This document shows positions 8,794 to 21,700 of a DNA stretch of 32,000 nt, one piece after another. Source of the stretch: Flavobacteriaceae bacterium. GTDB taxonomy: Bacteria > Bacteroidota > Bacteroidia > Flavobacteriales > Flavobacteriaceae. Location of the stretch: contig OZ245049.1 in assembly GCA_965224465.1 (NCBI GenBank), forward strand, positions 2,070,001 to 2,102,000, in the 5' to 3' direction. How positions within the stretch are numbered: the stretch's first letter is position 1; each line of letters opens with the position of its first letter. The translations under genes and the position numbers were made by a program. The notes beneath the pieces are model-generated. The model saw nothing but the letters and a program-made list of their open reading frames with translations, had not been told where the DNA came from and made no database searches.

Positions 8794-9717
8794 TTAAAAG
8801 AATCTAGGACTACGAACTTCCATACGACGCACATCAAACAAAAGCATTATTTCATGGGAACCACTATTATAATTCCCTAAATCAGACAAGGTATAATCAT
8901 AAGCATAGCCCAAACGAACATCCGGACTAATATTAAAGCCAACCATGGCACTTACAGAATCGTCCAAACGATACGAAAGCCCAAACTCTAATTTAGAGTA
9001 TATCAATGCATTTACAGACAAATCTATAGAGACTGGAGCTCCAAACGTAGCCTTAACCATTACTGACGGTTTTAAGTCTAGTGACTCTGAAATCTCAAAA
9101 ACATATCCCGAAGTCAAAAAATAATGTGCGGTTTCATTTGCGTTACTAACATACCCCTTTTTATCTTTATAGTACTTTGATTTTAAGATATTTGGAACTG
9201 ACAATCCTATATAATACTTGGACGTATAATAAAAAACTCCGACTCCAAAATTGGGAGACAATTTGTTTTCTCCTGCATTTATCAATAACTGATCATCGGG
9301 ATCTAAGGTAAATAGTAAGTCTCTATTGATAACATGAGAGGTAACACCTCCTTTTACCCCAAAGGCTAATTTTGAAAAATCCGTTACATCTATTGTATAA
9401 GAAAAATCCACGAAAATATTACTCTCTTTTACAGGTCCCAATTGATCATAGACCACCGACAGTCCCAATCCTACATTTTTCTTAAAAGGAGCATGGATAG
9501 AAAACGTAGCTGTTTCTGGCGCTCCATCTATCCCTACCCATTGCGTACGCCCCAAGAAGTTAATACTCAATGTTTCTCTAGCCCCTGCATAGGCTGGATT
9601 CAAGACATTCATGTGGTACATGTATTGTGTCGCCTGAATGTCTTGCTGACTGTAAAGCATCCCACTAAACATTAGTAGTACACTTAAAATTAAGTTTATC
9701 TTTTTCATGTTTTTCAT
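8794..9717 (-). CDS. Type IX secretion system membrane protein, PorP/SprF family (307 aa)
   Basis: Signal peptide followed by the family-defining N-terminal block QQDIQATQYMYHMNVLNPAYAG, compared with the consensus QQDPQFSQYMFN.L..NPAYAG. The rest has a beta-barrel-like alternating pattern and ends ...SPRFF. The size and the position immediately downstream of a type-B-CTD cargo gene are typical. Met1 or Met4 could be the true start. Confidence 0.9.
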   Translation of the reverse strand: MKNMKKINLILSVLLMFSGMLYSQQDIQATQYMYHMNVLNPAYAGARETLSINFLGRTQWVGIDGAPETATFSIHAPFKKNVGLGLSVVYDQLGPVKESNIFVDFSYTIDVTDFSKLAFGVKGGVTSHVINRDLLFTLDPDDQLLINAGENKLSPNFGVGVFYYTSKYYIGLSVPNILKSKYYKDKKGYVSNANETAHYFLTSGYVFEISESLDLKPSVMVKATFGAPVSIDLSVNALIYSKLEFGLSYRLDDSVSAMVGFNISPDVRLGYAYDYTLSDLGNYNSGSHEIMLLFDVRRMEVRSPRFF

Positions 9718-9731
9718 TTGTATATTTAATC

Positions 9732-9756
9732 ATAGGAAAGAATAATCCTTCCCTAT
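9732..9756 (-). other. Intercistronic RNA stem-loop between the giant gene and the porP/sprF gene (possible processing or stability element; not a canonical terminator)
   Basis: The minus-strand RNA AUAGGGAAG-GAUUAUU-CUUUCCUAU forms a 9-bp stem with one G-U pair and a 7-nt loop. No U-tract follows it. It lies within the 52-nt gap 9718..9769. Confidence 0.3.
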
Positions 9757-9769
9757 AAGAACTATCATT

Positions 9770-12700
9770 TTACTCGTTTATATAAATCCATGCTGCTATC
9801 CCTTCTGTTTTTCCATCATTGAAATTTAAAATATAATAATAAGTACCTGTTGAAACTTTCTGACTAGAACCTATTGTCATCTCACCACTAGAATAACCAT
9901 CCCACCATCTTGGACTTGCTTTTTTATCCCCATTGTGATGGTAACTGTAAATAATATTCCCCCATCTGTTATAAATTTTTAATTCAAAATCAGGGTGTAA
10001 TTCCACTAAGTTTTCAATTTTAAACACATCATTCACACCATCATTATTAGGCGTAAACACCGTTGGAATAACAAGCTTATTATTCTCTTCCCCATTTGGA
10101 ATTCCATCTCCATCACAATCAGCAATCGCCCATTCATCAGATTGAAGTTCCGTAATATTCACTTCTAAATAATCACAAAAATCATTTGGATCGGTGCCAT
10201 CAATTGCTTCTTGTCCATCTGTGACTCCATCTCCATCCGAATCTATATTATTTGGATCCGTCTTATTTCCGTTTGGATTTGCAGGCGTACTAGGATCGTC
10301 TATTCCTGTAGATTCCTCTGCATTGGTCAAGCCATCAGCATCACAATCTGCAACTAACCAGTCGCCTCCTTGAGTTTCCGTAACGCTTATTAGCGTATAA
10401 TCACATAGATCATTTGGATCGGTACCATCAATCGCTTCCTGTCCATCTGTGACTCCGTCTCTATCCGAATCTATATTATTTGGATCCGTCTTATTTCCGT
10501 TTGGATTGGCAGGCGTACTAGGATCGTCGATTCCTGTAGACTCCTCTGCATTGGTCAAGCCATCACTATCACAATCTGCTGTCAACCAATTCCCAGTCTG
10601 GGTTTCTGTAATCCTTGCAGTTATATAATCACAAGAGTCATTTGGATCGGTAGCTTCTGAATCTATTTTTGTATCCGACCCATCAAGTACCTCTTGCGCA
10701 TCCGTAACTCCATCTCCATCGGTATCTTTCTTGTTTGGATCTGTTGTGTTTCCGTTTGGATTTGCAGGCGTGCTTGGATCGTCGACGCCTGTGGTTTCTT
10801 CGCCATTGGTCAAACCATCACTATCACAATCTGCTGTCAACCAATTTCCTGCTTGGGTTTCTGTGATGCTTGCTACTGTCAAGGCACATGGGTCGTTTGG
10901 ATCTGTGCCATCTGTGGCCTCTTTTCCGTCCGTAACTCCATCTCCATCCGTATCACTCTTGTTTGGATCTGTTGTATTTCCGTTTGGATTTGCAGGGGTG
11001 CTTGGATCGTCGACGCCTGTGGTTTCTTCGCCGTTGGTCAAGCCGTCCGAGTCACAGTCTACTGTCAACCAATTTCCTGCTTGCGTTTCTGTAATACTTG
11101 CCGCTGTCAATGCACATGGATCGTTTGGATCTGTGCCATCTGTGGCTTCTTTTCCGTCCGTAACTCCATCTCCATCGCTATCTTTCTTGTTTGGATCTGT
11201 TGTATTTCCGTTTGGATTTGCAGGCGTGCTTGGATCATCGACTCCCGTGGTTTCTTCGCCATTGGTCAGTCCGTCCGAGTCACAATCTACTGTCAACCAA
11301 CTTCCTGCTTGGGTTTCTGTAATGCTTGCAACTGTCAATGCACATGGATCGTTTGGATCTGTGCCATCTGTGGCTTCTTTTCCGTCCGTAACTCCATCTC
11401 CATCGCTATCTTTCTTGTTTGGATCTGTTGTATTTCCGTTTGGATTTGCAGGCGTGCTTGGATCGTCGACGCCTGTGGTTTCTTCGCCATTGGTCAGTCC
11501 GTCCGAGTCACAATCTACTGTCAACCAACTTCCTGCTTGGGTTTCTGTAATGCTTGCAACTGTCAATGCACATGGATCGTTTGGATCTGTGCCATCTGTG
11601 GCTTCTTTTCCGTCCGTAACTCCATCTCCATCGGTATCTTTCTTGTTTGGATCTGTTTTGTTTCCATTTGGATTTGCAGGCGTGCTTGGATCGTCTATTC
11701 CAGTCGTTTCTTCACCATTGGTCAGTCCGTCCGAGTCACAATCTGCTGTCAACCAATTTCCAGACTGGGTTTCTGTGATGCTTGCCGCTGTCAAGGCACA
11801 TGGGTCGTTTGGATCCGTGCCATCTGTGGCTTCTTTTCCATCTGTAACTCCATCTCCATCCGTATCTTTCTTGTTTGGATCTGTTGTATTTCCGTTTGGA
11901 TTCGCAGGCGTGCTTGGATCGTCGATTCCTGTGGTTTCTTCGCCGTTGGTCAAACCGTCCGAATCACAGTCTACTGTCAACCAATTTCCTGATTGGGTTT
12001 CTGTGATGCTTGCTACTGTCAAGGCACATGGATCGTTTGGATCTGTGCCATCTGTGGCCTCTTTTCCGTCCGTAACTCCATCTCCATCCATATCTTTCTT
12101 GTTTGGATCTGTTGTGTTTCCATTTGGATTCGCAGGAGTGCTTGGATCGTCGACGCCTGTGGTTTCTTCGCCGTTGGTCAAGCCGTCCGAATCACAGTCT
12201 ACTGTCAACCAATTTCCTGATTGGGTTTCTGTGATGCTTGCTACTGTCAAGGCACATGGATCGTTTGGATCTGTGCCATCTGTGGCTTCTTTTCCGTCCG
12301 TAACTCCATCTCCATCGGTATCTTTCTTGTTTGGATCTGTTGTGTTTCCGTTTGGATTTGCAGGCGTGCTTGGATCGTCTATTCCAGTCGTTTCTTCACC
12401 ATTGGTCAGTCCGTCCGAATCACAATCTGCTGTCAACCAATTTCCAGACTGGGTTTCTGTGATGCTTGCCGCTGTCAATGCACATGGGTCGTTTGGATCT
12501 GTGCCATCTGTAGCCTCTTTTCCGTCTGTAACTCCATCTCCATCGGTATCACTCTTACTTGGATCTGTTGTGTTTCCGTTTGGATTTGCAGGCGTGCTTG
12601 GATCGTCGACACCTGTAGTTTCTTCGCCGTTGGTTAGTCCGTCTCCATCACAATCTACTGTCAACCAACTTCCTGCTTGCGTTTCTGTGATACTTGCTAC

Positions 12701-15700
12701 TGTCAATGCACATGGATCGTTTGGATCTGTGCCATCTGTGGCCTCTTTTCCGTCCGTAACTCCATCTCCATCGGTATCTTTCTTGTTTGGATCTGTTGTA
12801 TTTCCGTTTGGATTTGCAGGCGTGTTTGGATCGTCGATTCCTGTGGTTTCTTCGCCATTGGTCAAGCCGTCTCCATCACAATCTGCTGTCAACCAATTTC
12901 CTGCTTGGGTTTCTGTGATGCTTGCTACTGTCAACACACATGGATCGTTTGGATCTGTGCCATCTGTGGCTTCTTTTCCGTCCGTAACTCCATCTCCATC
13001 GGTATCTTTCTTGTTTGGATCTGTTTTGTTTCCATTTGGATTTGCAAGGGTGCTTGAATCGTCGACGCCTGTGGTTTCTTCACCATTGGTCAGTCCGTCT
13101 CCATCACAATCTACTGTCAACCAACTTCCTGCTTGCGTTTCTGTGATGCTTGCTGCTGTCAATGCACATGGATCGTTTGGATCTGTGCCATCTGTAGCCT
13201 CTTTTCCATCTGTAACTCCATCTCCATCGGTATCTTTCTTGTTTGGATCTGTTGTGTTTCCGTTTGGATTTGCAGTGGTGCTTGGATCGTCAATACCTGT
13301 GGTTTCTTCACCATTGGTCAGTCCGTCTCCATCACAATCTGCTGTCAACCAACTTCCTGCTTGGGTTTCTGTGATGCTTGCCGCTGTCAATGCACATGGA
13401 TCGTTTGGATCTGTGCCATCTGTGGCCTCTTTTCCATCTGTAACTCCATCTCCATCGGTATCTTTCTTGTTTGGATCTGTTGTGTTTCCGTTTGGATTTG
13501 CAGGCGTGCTTGGATCGTCGACACCTGTAGTTTCTTCGCCGTTGGTTAGTCCGTCTCCATCACAATCTACTGTCAACCAACTTCCTGCTTGCGTTTCTGT
13601 GATACTTGCTACTGTCAATGCACATGGATCGTTTGGATCTGTGCCATCTGTGGCCTCTTTTCCGTCCGTAACTCCATCTCCATCGGTATCTTTCTTGTTT
13701 GGATCTGTTGTATTTCCGTTTGGATTTGCTGGCGTGCTTGGATCGTCGATTCCTGTGGTTTCTTCGCCGTTGGTTAGTCCGTCTCCATCACAATCTGCTG
13801 TCAACCAATTTCCATACTGGGTTTCTGTGATGCTTGCCGCTGTCAATGCACATGGATCGTTTGGATCTGTGCCATCTGTGGCCTCTTTTCCGTCCGTAAC
13901 TCCATCTCCATCGGTATCTTTTTTGTTTGGATCTGTTGTGTTTCCGTTTGGATTTGCAAGCGTGCTTGGATCGTAGATTCCTGTGGTTTCTTCACCATTG
14001 GTTAGTCCGTCCGAGTCACAATCTGCTGTCAACCAACTTCCTGCTTGGGTTTCTGTGATGCTTGCTACTGTCAATGCACATGGGTCGTTTGGATCTGTGC
14101 CATCTGTGGCCTCTTTTCCATCCGTAACTCCATCTCCATCCGTATCACTCTTGTTTGGATCTGTTGTATTTCCGTTTGGATTTGCAGGGGTGCTTGGATC
14201 ATCGATTCCTGTGGTTTCTTCGCCGTTGGTCAAACCGTCACTATCACAATCTGCTGTCAACCAATTTCCTGCTTGGGTTTCTGTGATGCTTGCCGCTGTC
14301 AATGCACATGGATCGTTTGGATCTGTGCCATCTGTGGCCTCTTTTCCGTCCGTAACTCCATCTCCATCCGTATCTTTTTTGTTTGGATCTGTTGTATTTC
14401 CGTTTGGATTTGCAGGCGTGCTTGGATCGTCGATTCCTGTGGTTTCTTCACCGTTGGTCAGTCCGTCCGAGTCACAATCTGCTGTCAACCAATTTCCTGC
14501 TTGAGTTTCTGTGATGCTTGCTACTGTCAAGGCACATGGGTCGTTTGGATCTGTGCCATCTGTGGCTTCTTTTCCGTCCGTAACTCCATCTCCATCGGTA
14601 TCTTTCTTGTTTGGATCTGTTGTGTTTCCGTTTGGATTTGCAGGGGTGCTTGAATCGTCGACCCCTGTGGTTTCTTCTCCATTGGTCAGTCCGTCTCCAT
14701 CACAATCTGCTGTCAACCAATTCCCTGCTTGCGTTTCTGTGATACTTGCTACTGTCAATGTACATGGATCGTTTGGATCTGTGCCATCTGTGGCTTCTTT
14801 TCCGTCCGTAACTCCATCTCCATCCGTATCTTTTTTGTTTGGATCTGTTGTATTTCCGTTTGGATTTGCAGGGGTGCTTGGATCGTCGATTCCTGTGGTT
14901 TCTTCTCCGTTGGTCAAACCGTCTCCATCACAATCTGCTGTCAACCAATTCCCTGCTTGCGTTTCTGTAATACTTGCTACTGTCAATGCACATGGATCGT
15001 TTGGATCCGTGCCATCTGCAGCTTCTTTTCCATCTGTAACTCCATCTCCATCAGTATCACTCTTGTTTGGATCTGTTGTATTTCCGTTTGGATTTGCAGG
15101 CGTGCTTGGATCGTCGACTCCTGTGGTTTCTTCACCATTGGTCAATCCGTCCGAGTCACAATCTGCTGTCAACCAATTTCCTGCTTGAGTTTCTGTGATG
15201 CTTGCTACTGTCAATGCACATGGGTCGTTTGGATCTGTGCCATCTGTGGCTTCTTTTCCATCTGTAACTCCATCTCCATCGGTATCTTTCTTGTTTGGAT
15301 CTGTTGTGTTTCCATTTGGATTCGCAGGCGTGCTTGGATCGTCGATTCCTGTGGTTTCTTCGCCGTTGGTTAGTCCGTCCGAGTCACAATCTACTGTCAA
15401 CCAACTTCCTGCTTGCGTTTCTGTGATGCTTGCCGCTTTCAATACACATGGATCGTTTGGATCTGTGCCATCTGTGGCTTCTTTTCCGTCCGTAACTCCA
15501 TCTCCATCGGTATCACTCTTGTTTGGATCTGTTGTGTTTCCGTTTGGATTTGCAGGGGTGCTTGAATCGTCGACCCCTGTGGTTTCTTCTCCATTGGTCA
15601 GTCCGTCTCCATCACAATCTGCTGTCAACCAACTTCCTGCTTGCGTTTCTGTGATGCTTGCCGCTGTCAATGCACATGGATCGTTTGGATCTGCTTGCGT

Positions 15701-18700
15701 TTCTGTGATGCTTGCCGCTGTCAATGCACATGGATCGTTTGGATCTGTGCCATCTGTAGCCTCTTTTCCATCTGTAACTCCATCTCCATCGGTATCTTTC
15801 TTGTTTGGATCTGTTGTGTTTCCGTTTGGATTTGCAGGGGTGCTTGAATCGTCGACCCCTGTGGTTTCTTCTCCATTGGTCAGTCCGTCTCCATCACAAT
15901 CTACTGTCAACCAATTTCCTGATTGGGTTTCTGTGATGCTTGCTACTGTCAAGGCACATGGATCGTTTGGATCTGTGCCATCTGTGGCTTCTTTTCCGTC
16001 CGTAACTCCATCTCCATCGGTATCTTTCTTGTTTGGATCTGTTGTATTTCCGTTTGGATTTGCTGGCGTGCTTGGATCGTCGATTCCTGTGGTTTCTTCG
16101 CCGTTGGTCAAGCTGTCCGAGTCACAATCTGCTGTCAACCAATTTCCTACTTGAGTTTCTGTGATGCTTGCTACTGTCAATACACATGGATCGTTTGGAT
16201 CTGTGCCATCTGTGGCTTCTTTTCCATCTGTAACTCCATCTCCATCGGTATCTTTCTTGTTTGGATCTGTTTTGTTTCCATTTGGATTTGCAGGAGTGCT
16301 TGGATCGTCGATACCTGTGGTTTCTTCACCATTGGTCAAACCGTCTCCATCACAATCTGAAGTCAACCAACTTCCAGACTGCGTTTCGGTGATGCTTGCT
16401 ACTGTCAATACACATGGATCGTTTGGATCTGTGCCATCTGTGGCTTCTTTTCCGTCCGTAACTCCATCTCCATCGGTATCTTTTTTGTTTGGATCTGTTG
16501 TATTTCCGTTTGGATTTGCAGGGGTGCTTGGATCGTCGATTCCTGTGGTTTCTTCTCCGTTGGTCAAACCGTCTCCATCACAATCTGCTGTCAACCAACT
16601 TCCTGCTTGCGTTTCTGTGATGCTTGCCGCTGTCAATGCACATGGATCGTTTGGATCTGTGCCATCTGTGGCCTCTTTTCCGTCCGTAACTCCATCTCCA
16701 TCGGTATCTTTCTTGTTTGGATCTGTTGTGTTTCCGTTTGGATTTGCAGGGGTGCTTGAATCGTCGACCCCTGTGGTTTCTTCTCCATTGGTCAGTCCGT
16801 CTCCATCACAATCTGCTGTCAACCAATTCCCTGCTTGGGTTTCTGTGATGCTTGCCGCTGTCAATGCACATGGATCGTTTGGATCTGTGCCATCTGTAGC
16901 CTCTTTTCCATCTGTAACTCCATCTCCATCGGTATCTTTCTTGTTTGGATCTGTTGTATTTCCGTTTGGATTTGCAGGCGTGCTTGGATCGTCGACACCT
17001 GTAGTTTCTTCGCCGTTGGTTAGTCCGTCTCCATCACAGTCTGCTGTCAACCAATTTCCAGACTGGGTTTCTGTGATGCTTGCTACTGTCAAGGCACATG
17101 GATCGTTTGGATCTGTGCCATCTGTGGCTTCTTTTCCATCTGTAACTCCATCTCCATCCGTATCTTTTTTGTTTGGATCTGTTGTATTTCCGTTTGGATT
17201 TGCAGGGGTGCTTGGATCGTCAATTCCTGTGGTTTCTTCTCCGTTGGTCAAACCGTCTCCATCACAATCTGCTGCCAACCAATTCCCTGCTTGGGCTTCT
17301 GTGATGCTTGCTACTGTCAAGGCACATGAGTCGTTTGGATCTGTGCCATCTGTAGCCTCTTTTCCGTCTGTAACTCCATCTCCATCGGTATCACTCTTAC
17401 TTGGATCTGTTGTGTTTCCGTTTGGATTTGCAGGCGTGCTTGGATCGTCGATTCCTGTGGTTTCTTCGCCATTGGTTAGTCCGTCTCCATCACAATCTGC
17501 TGTCAACCAATTTCCTGATTGGGTTTCTGTGATGCTTGCTACTGTCAATACACATGGATCGTTTGGATCCGTGCCATCTGTGGCTTCTTTTCCATCTGTA
17601 ACGCCATCTCCATCGGTATCTTTCTTGTTTGGATCTGTTGTATTTCCATTTGGATTTGCAGGGGTGCTTGGATCATCGACACCTGTGATTTCTTCGCCGT
17701 TGGTCAAACCGTCCGAGTCACAATCTGAAGTCAACCAATTTCCAGACTGGGTTTCTGTGATGCTTGCTACTGTCAATGCACATGGATCGTTTGGATCTGT
17801 GCCATCTGTGGCTTCTTTTCCGTCCGTAACTCCATCTCCATCGGTATCTTTCTTGTTTGGATCTGTTGTGTTTCCGTTTGGATTCGCAGGCGTGCTTGGA
17901 TCGTCGATTCCTGTGGTTTCTTCTCCATTGGTTAGTCCGTCCGAGTCACAATCTGCTGTCAACCAATTTCCTGCTTGGGTTTCTGTGATGCTTGCTACTG
18001 TCAAGGCACATGGATCGTTTGGATCTGTGCCATCTGTGGCTTCTTTTCCGTCTGTAACTCCATCTCCATCCGTATCTTTTTTGTTTGGATCTGTTGTGTT
18101 TCCGTTTGGATTCGCAGGCGTGCTTGGATCGTCGATTCCTGTGGTTTCTTCTCCATTGGTTAGTCCGTCCGAGTCACAATCTGCTGTCAACCAATTTCCT
18201 GCTTGGGTTTCTGTGATGCTTGCTACTGTCAAGGCACATGGATCGTTTGGATCTGTGCCATCTGTGGCTTCTTTTCCGTCCGTAACTCCATCTCCATCGG
18301 TATCTTTCTTGTTTGGATCTGTTGTGTTTCCGTTTGGATTTGCAGGCGTGCTTGGATCTTCGATTCCTGTGGTTTCTTCTCCATTGGTCAAACCGTCCGA
18401 GTCACAATCTGAAGTCAACCAACTTCCTGCTTGCGTTTCTGTGATACTCGCCGCTGTCAATGCACATGGATCGTTTGGATCGGTGCCATCTGTGGCTTCT
18501 TTTCCGTCCGTAACTCCATCTCCATCGGTATCACTCTTATTTGGATCTGTTATATTTCCGTTTGGATTTGCAGGCGTGTTTGGATCGTCGACACCTGTGG
18601 TTTCTTCGCCATTGGTCAAGCCGTCCGAGTCACAATCTGCTGTCAACCAATTTCCAGACTGGGTTTCTGTGATGCTTGCCGCTGTCAATGCACATGGGTC

Positions 18701-21700
18701 GTTTGGATCTGTGCCATCTGTAGCCTCTTTTCCGTCCGTAACTCCATCTCCATCCGTATCTTTTTTGTTTGGATCTGTTGTATTTCCGTTTGGATTTGCA
18801 GGCGTGCTTGGATCGTCGATTCCTGTGGTTTCTTCTCCATTGGTCAGTCCGTCTCCATCACAATCTGCTGTCAACCAACTTCCTGCTTGCGTTTCTGTGA
18901 TGCTTGCCGCTGTCAATGCACATGGATCGTTTGGATCTGTGCCATCTGTAGCCTCTTTTCCATCTGTAACTCCATCTCCATCGGTATCTTTCTTGTTTGG
19001 ATCTGTTGTGTTTCCGTTTGGATTTGCAGGCGTGCTTGAATCGTCGACCCCTGTGGTTTCTTCACCATTGGTCAGTCCGTCTCCATCACAATCTGCTGTC
19101 AACCAATTCCCTGCTTGGGTTTCTGTAATGCTTGCAACTGTCAATGCACATGGATCGTTTGGATCCGTGCCATCTGTGGCTTCTTTTCCATCTGTAACGC
19201 CATCTCCATCGGTATCTTTCTTGTTTGGATCTGTTGTATTTCCATTTGGATTTGCAAGGGTGCTTGAATCGTCGACCCCTGTGGTTTCTTCACCATTGGT
19301 CAGTCCGTCTCCATCACAATCTACTGTCAACCAACTTCCTGCTTGCGTTTCTGTGATGCTTGCCGCTGTCAATGCACATGGATCGTTTGGATCTGTGCCA
19401 TCTGTAGCCTCTTTTCCATCTGTAACTCCATCTCCATCGGTATCTTTCTTGTTTGGATCTGTTGTGTTTCCGTTTGGATTTGCAGGCGTGCTTGGATCGT
19501 CTATTCCAGTCGTTTCTTCACCATTGGTCAGTCCGTCCGAGTCACAATCTGCTGTCAACCAATTTCCAGACTGGGTTTCTGTGATGCTTGCCGCTGTCAA
19601 TGCACATGGGTCGTTTGGATCTGTGCCATCTGTAGCCTCTTTTCCGTCCGTAACTCCATCTCCATCCGTATCTTTTTTGTTTGGATCTGTTGTATTTCCA
19701 TTTGGATTGGCAGGCGTGCTTGGATCGTCGATTCCTGTGGTTTCTTCACCATTGGTTAGTCCGTCCGAGTCACAATCTGCTGTCAACCAATTTCCAGACT
19801 GGGTTTCTGTGATGCTTGCCGCTGTCAATGCACATGGGTCGTTTGGATCTGTGCCATCTGTGGCTTCTTTTCCGTCCGTAACTCCATCTCCATCGGTATC
19901 TTTCTTGTTTGGATCTGTTGTATTTCCGTTTGGATTTGCAGTGGTGCTTGGATCGTCAATACCTGTGGTTTCTTCACCATTGGTCAGTCCGTCTCCATCA
20001 CAATCTGCTGTCAACCAACTTCCTACTTGGGTTTCTGTGATGCTTGCCGCTGTCAATGCACATGGATCGTTTGGATCCGTGCCATCTGTGGCTTCTTTTC
20101 CATCTGTAACGCCATCTCCATCGGTATCTTTCTTGTTTGGATCTGTTGTATTTCCATTTGGATTTGCAGGGGTGCTTGGATCATCGACACCTGTGATTTC
20201 TTCGCCGTTGGTCAAACCGTCCGAGTCACAATCTGAAGTCAACCAATTTCCAGACTGGGTTTCTGTGATGCTTGCTACTGTCAATGCACATGGATCGTTT
20301 GGATCTGTGCCATCTGTGGCTTCTTTTCCGTCCGTAACTCCATCTCCATCGGTATCTTTCTTGTTTGGATCTGTTGTATTTCCGTTTGGATTTGCAGGCG
20401 TGCTTGGATCGTCGACGCCTGTGGTTTCTTCGCCATTGGTCAGTCCGTCCGAGTCACAATCTACTGTCAACCAATTTCCAGACTGGGTTTCTGTGATACT
20501 TGCTACTGTCAATGCACATGGATCGTTTGGATCTGTGCCATCTGTGGCTTCTTTTCCGTCCGTAACTCCATCTCCATCGGTATCTTTCTTGTTTGGATCT
20601 GTTGTGTTTCCGTTTGGATTTGCAGGCGTGCTTGGATCGTCGACACCTGTAGTTTCTTCGCCATTGGTCAAGCCGTCTCCATCACAATCTGCTGTCAACC
20701 AGTTTCCTGTTTGCGTTTCGGTGATGCTTGACGCTGTCAATGCACATGGATCGTTTGGATCTGTGCCATCTGTAGCTTCTTTTCCGTCTGTAACTCCATC
20801 TCCATCGGTATCACTCTTATTTGGATCTGTTGTATTTCCGTTTGGATTTGCAGGCGTGCTTGGATCGTCGACGCCTGTGGTTTCTTCGCCGTTGGTCAGT
20901 CCGTCCGAGTCACAATCTGCTGTCAACCAATTTCCAGACTGGGTTTCTGTGATACTTGCTACTGTCAATGCACATGGATCGTTTGGATCTGTGCCATCTG
21001 TGGCTTCTTTTCCGTCCGTAACTCCATCTCCATCGGTATCTTTCTTGTTTGGATCTGTTGTGTTTCCGTTTGGATTTGCAGGCGTGCTTGGATCATCGAC
21101 GCCTGTGGTTTCTTCACCATTGGTCAAGCCGTCTCCATCACAATCTGAAGTCAACCAACTTCCAGACTGCGTTTCTGTGATGCTTGCTACTGTCAATGCA
21201 CATGGATCGTTTGGATCTGTGCCATCTGTGGCTTCTTTTCCATCTGTAACTCCATCTCCATCAGTATCTTTTTTGTTTGGATCTGTTGTGTTTCCGTTTG
21301 GATTTGCAGGCGTGCTTGGATCGTCGATTCCAGTCGTTTCTTCACCATTGGTCAGTCCGTCCGAGTCACAATCTGCTGTCAACCAATTTCCAGACTGGGT
21401 TTCTGTGATGCTTGCCGCTGTCAATGCACATGGGTCGTTTGGATCCGTGCCATCTGTGGCTTCTTTTCCATCTGTAACTCCATCTCCATCCGTATCTTTC
21501 TTGTTTGGATCTGTTGTATTTCCGTTTGGATTTGCAGGCGTGCTTGGATCGTCGATTCCTGTGGTTTCTTCACCATTGGTTAGTCCGTCCGAGTCACAAT
21601 CTGAAGTCAACCAACTTCCTGCTTGGGTTTCTGTGATGCTTGCCGCTGTCAATGCACATGGATCGTTTGGATCTGTGCCGTCAAGTACTTCTTGTGCATC

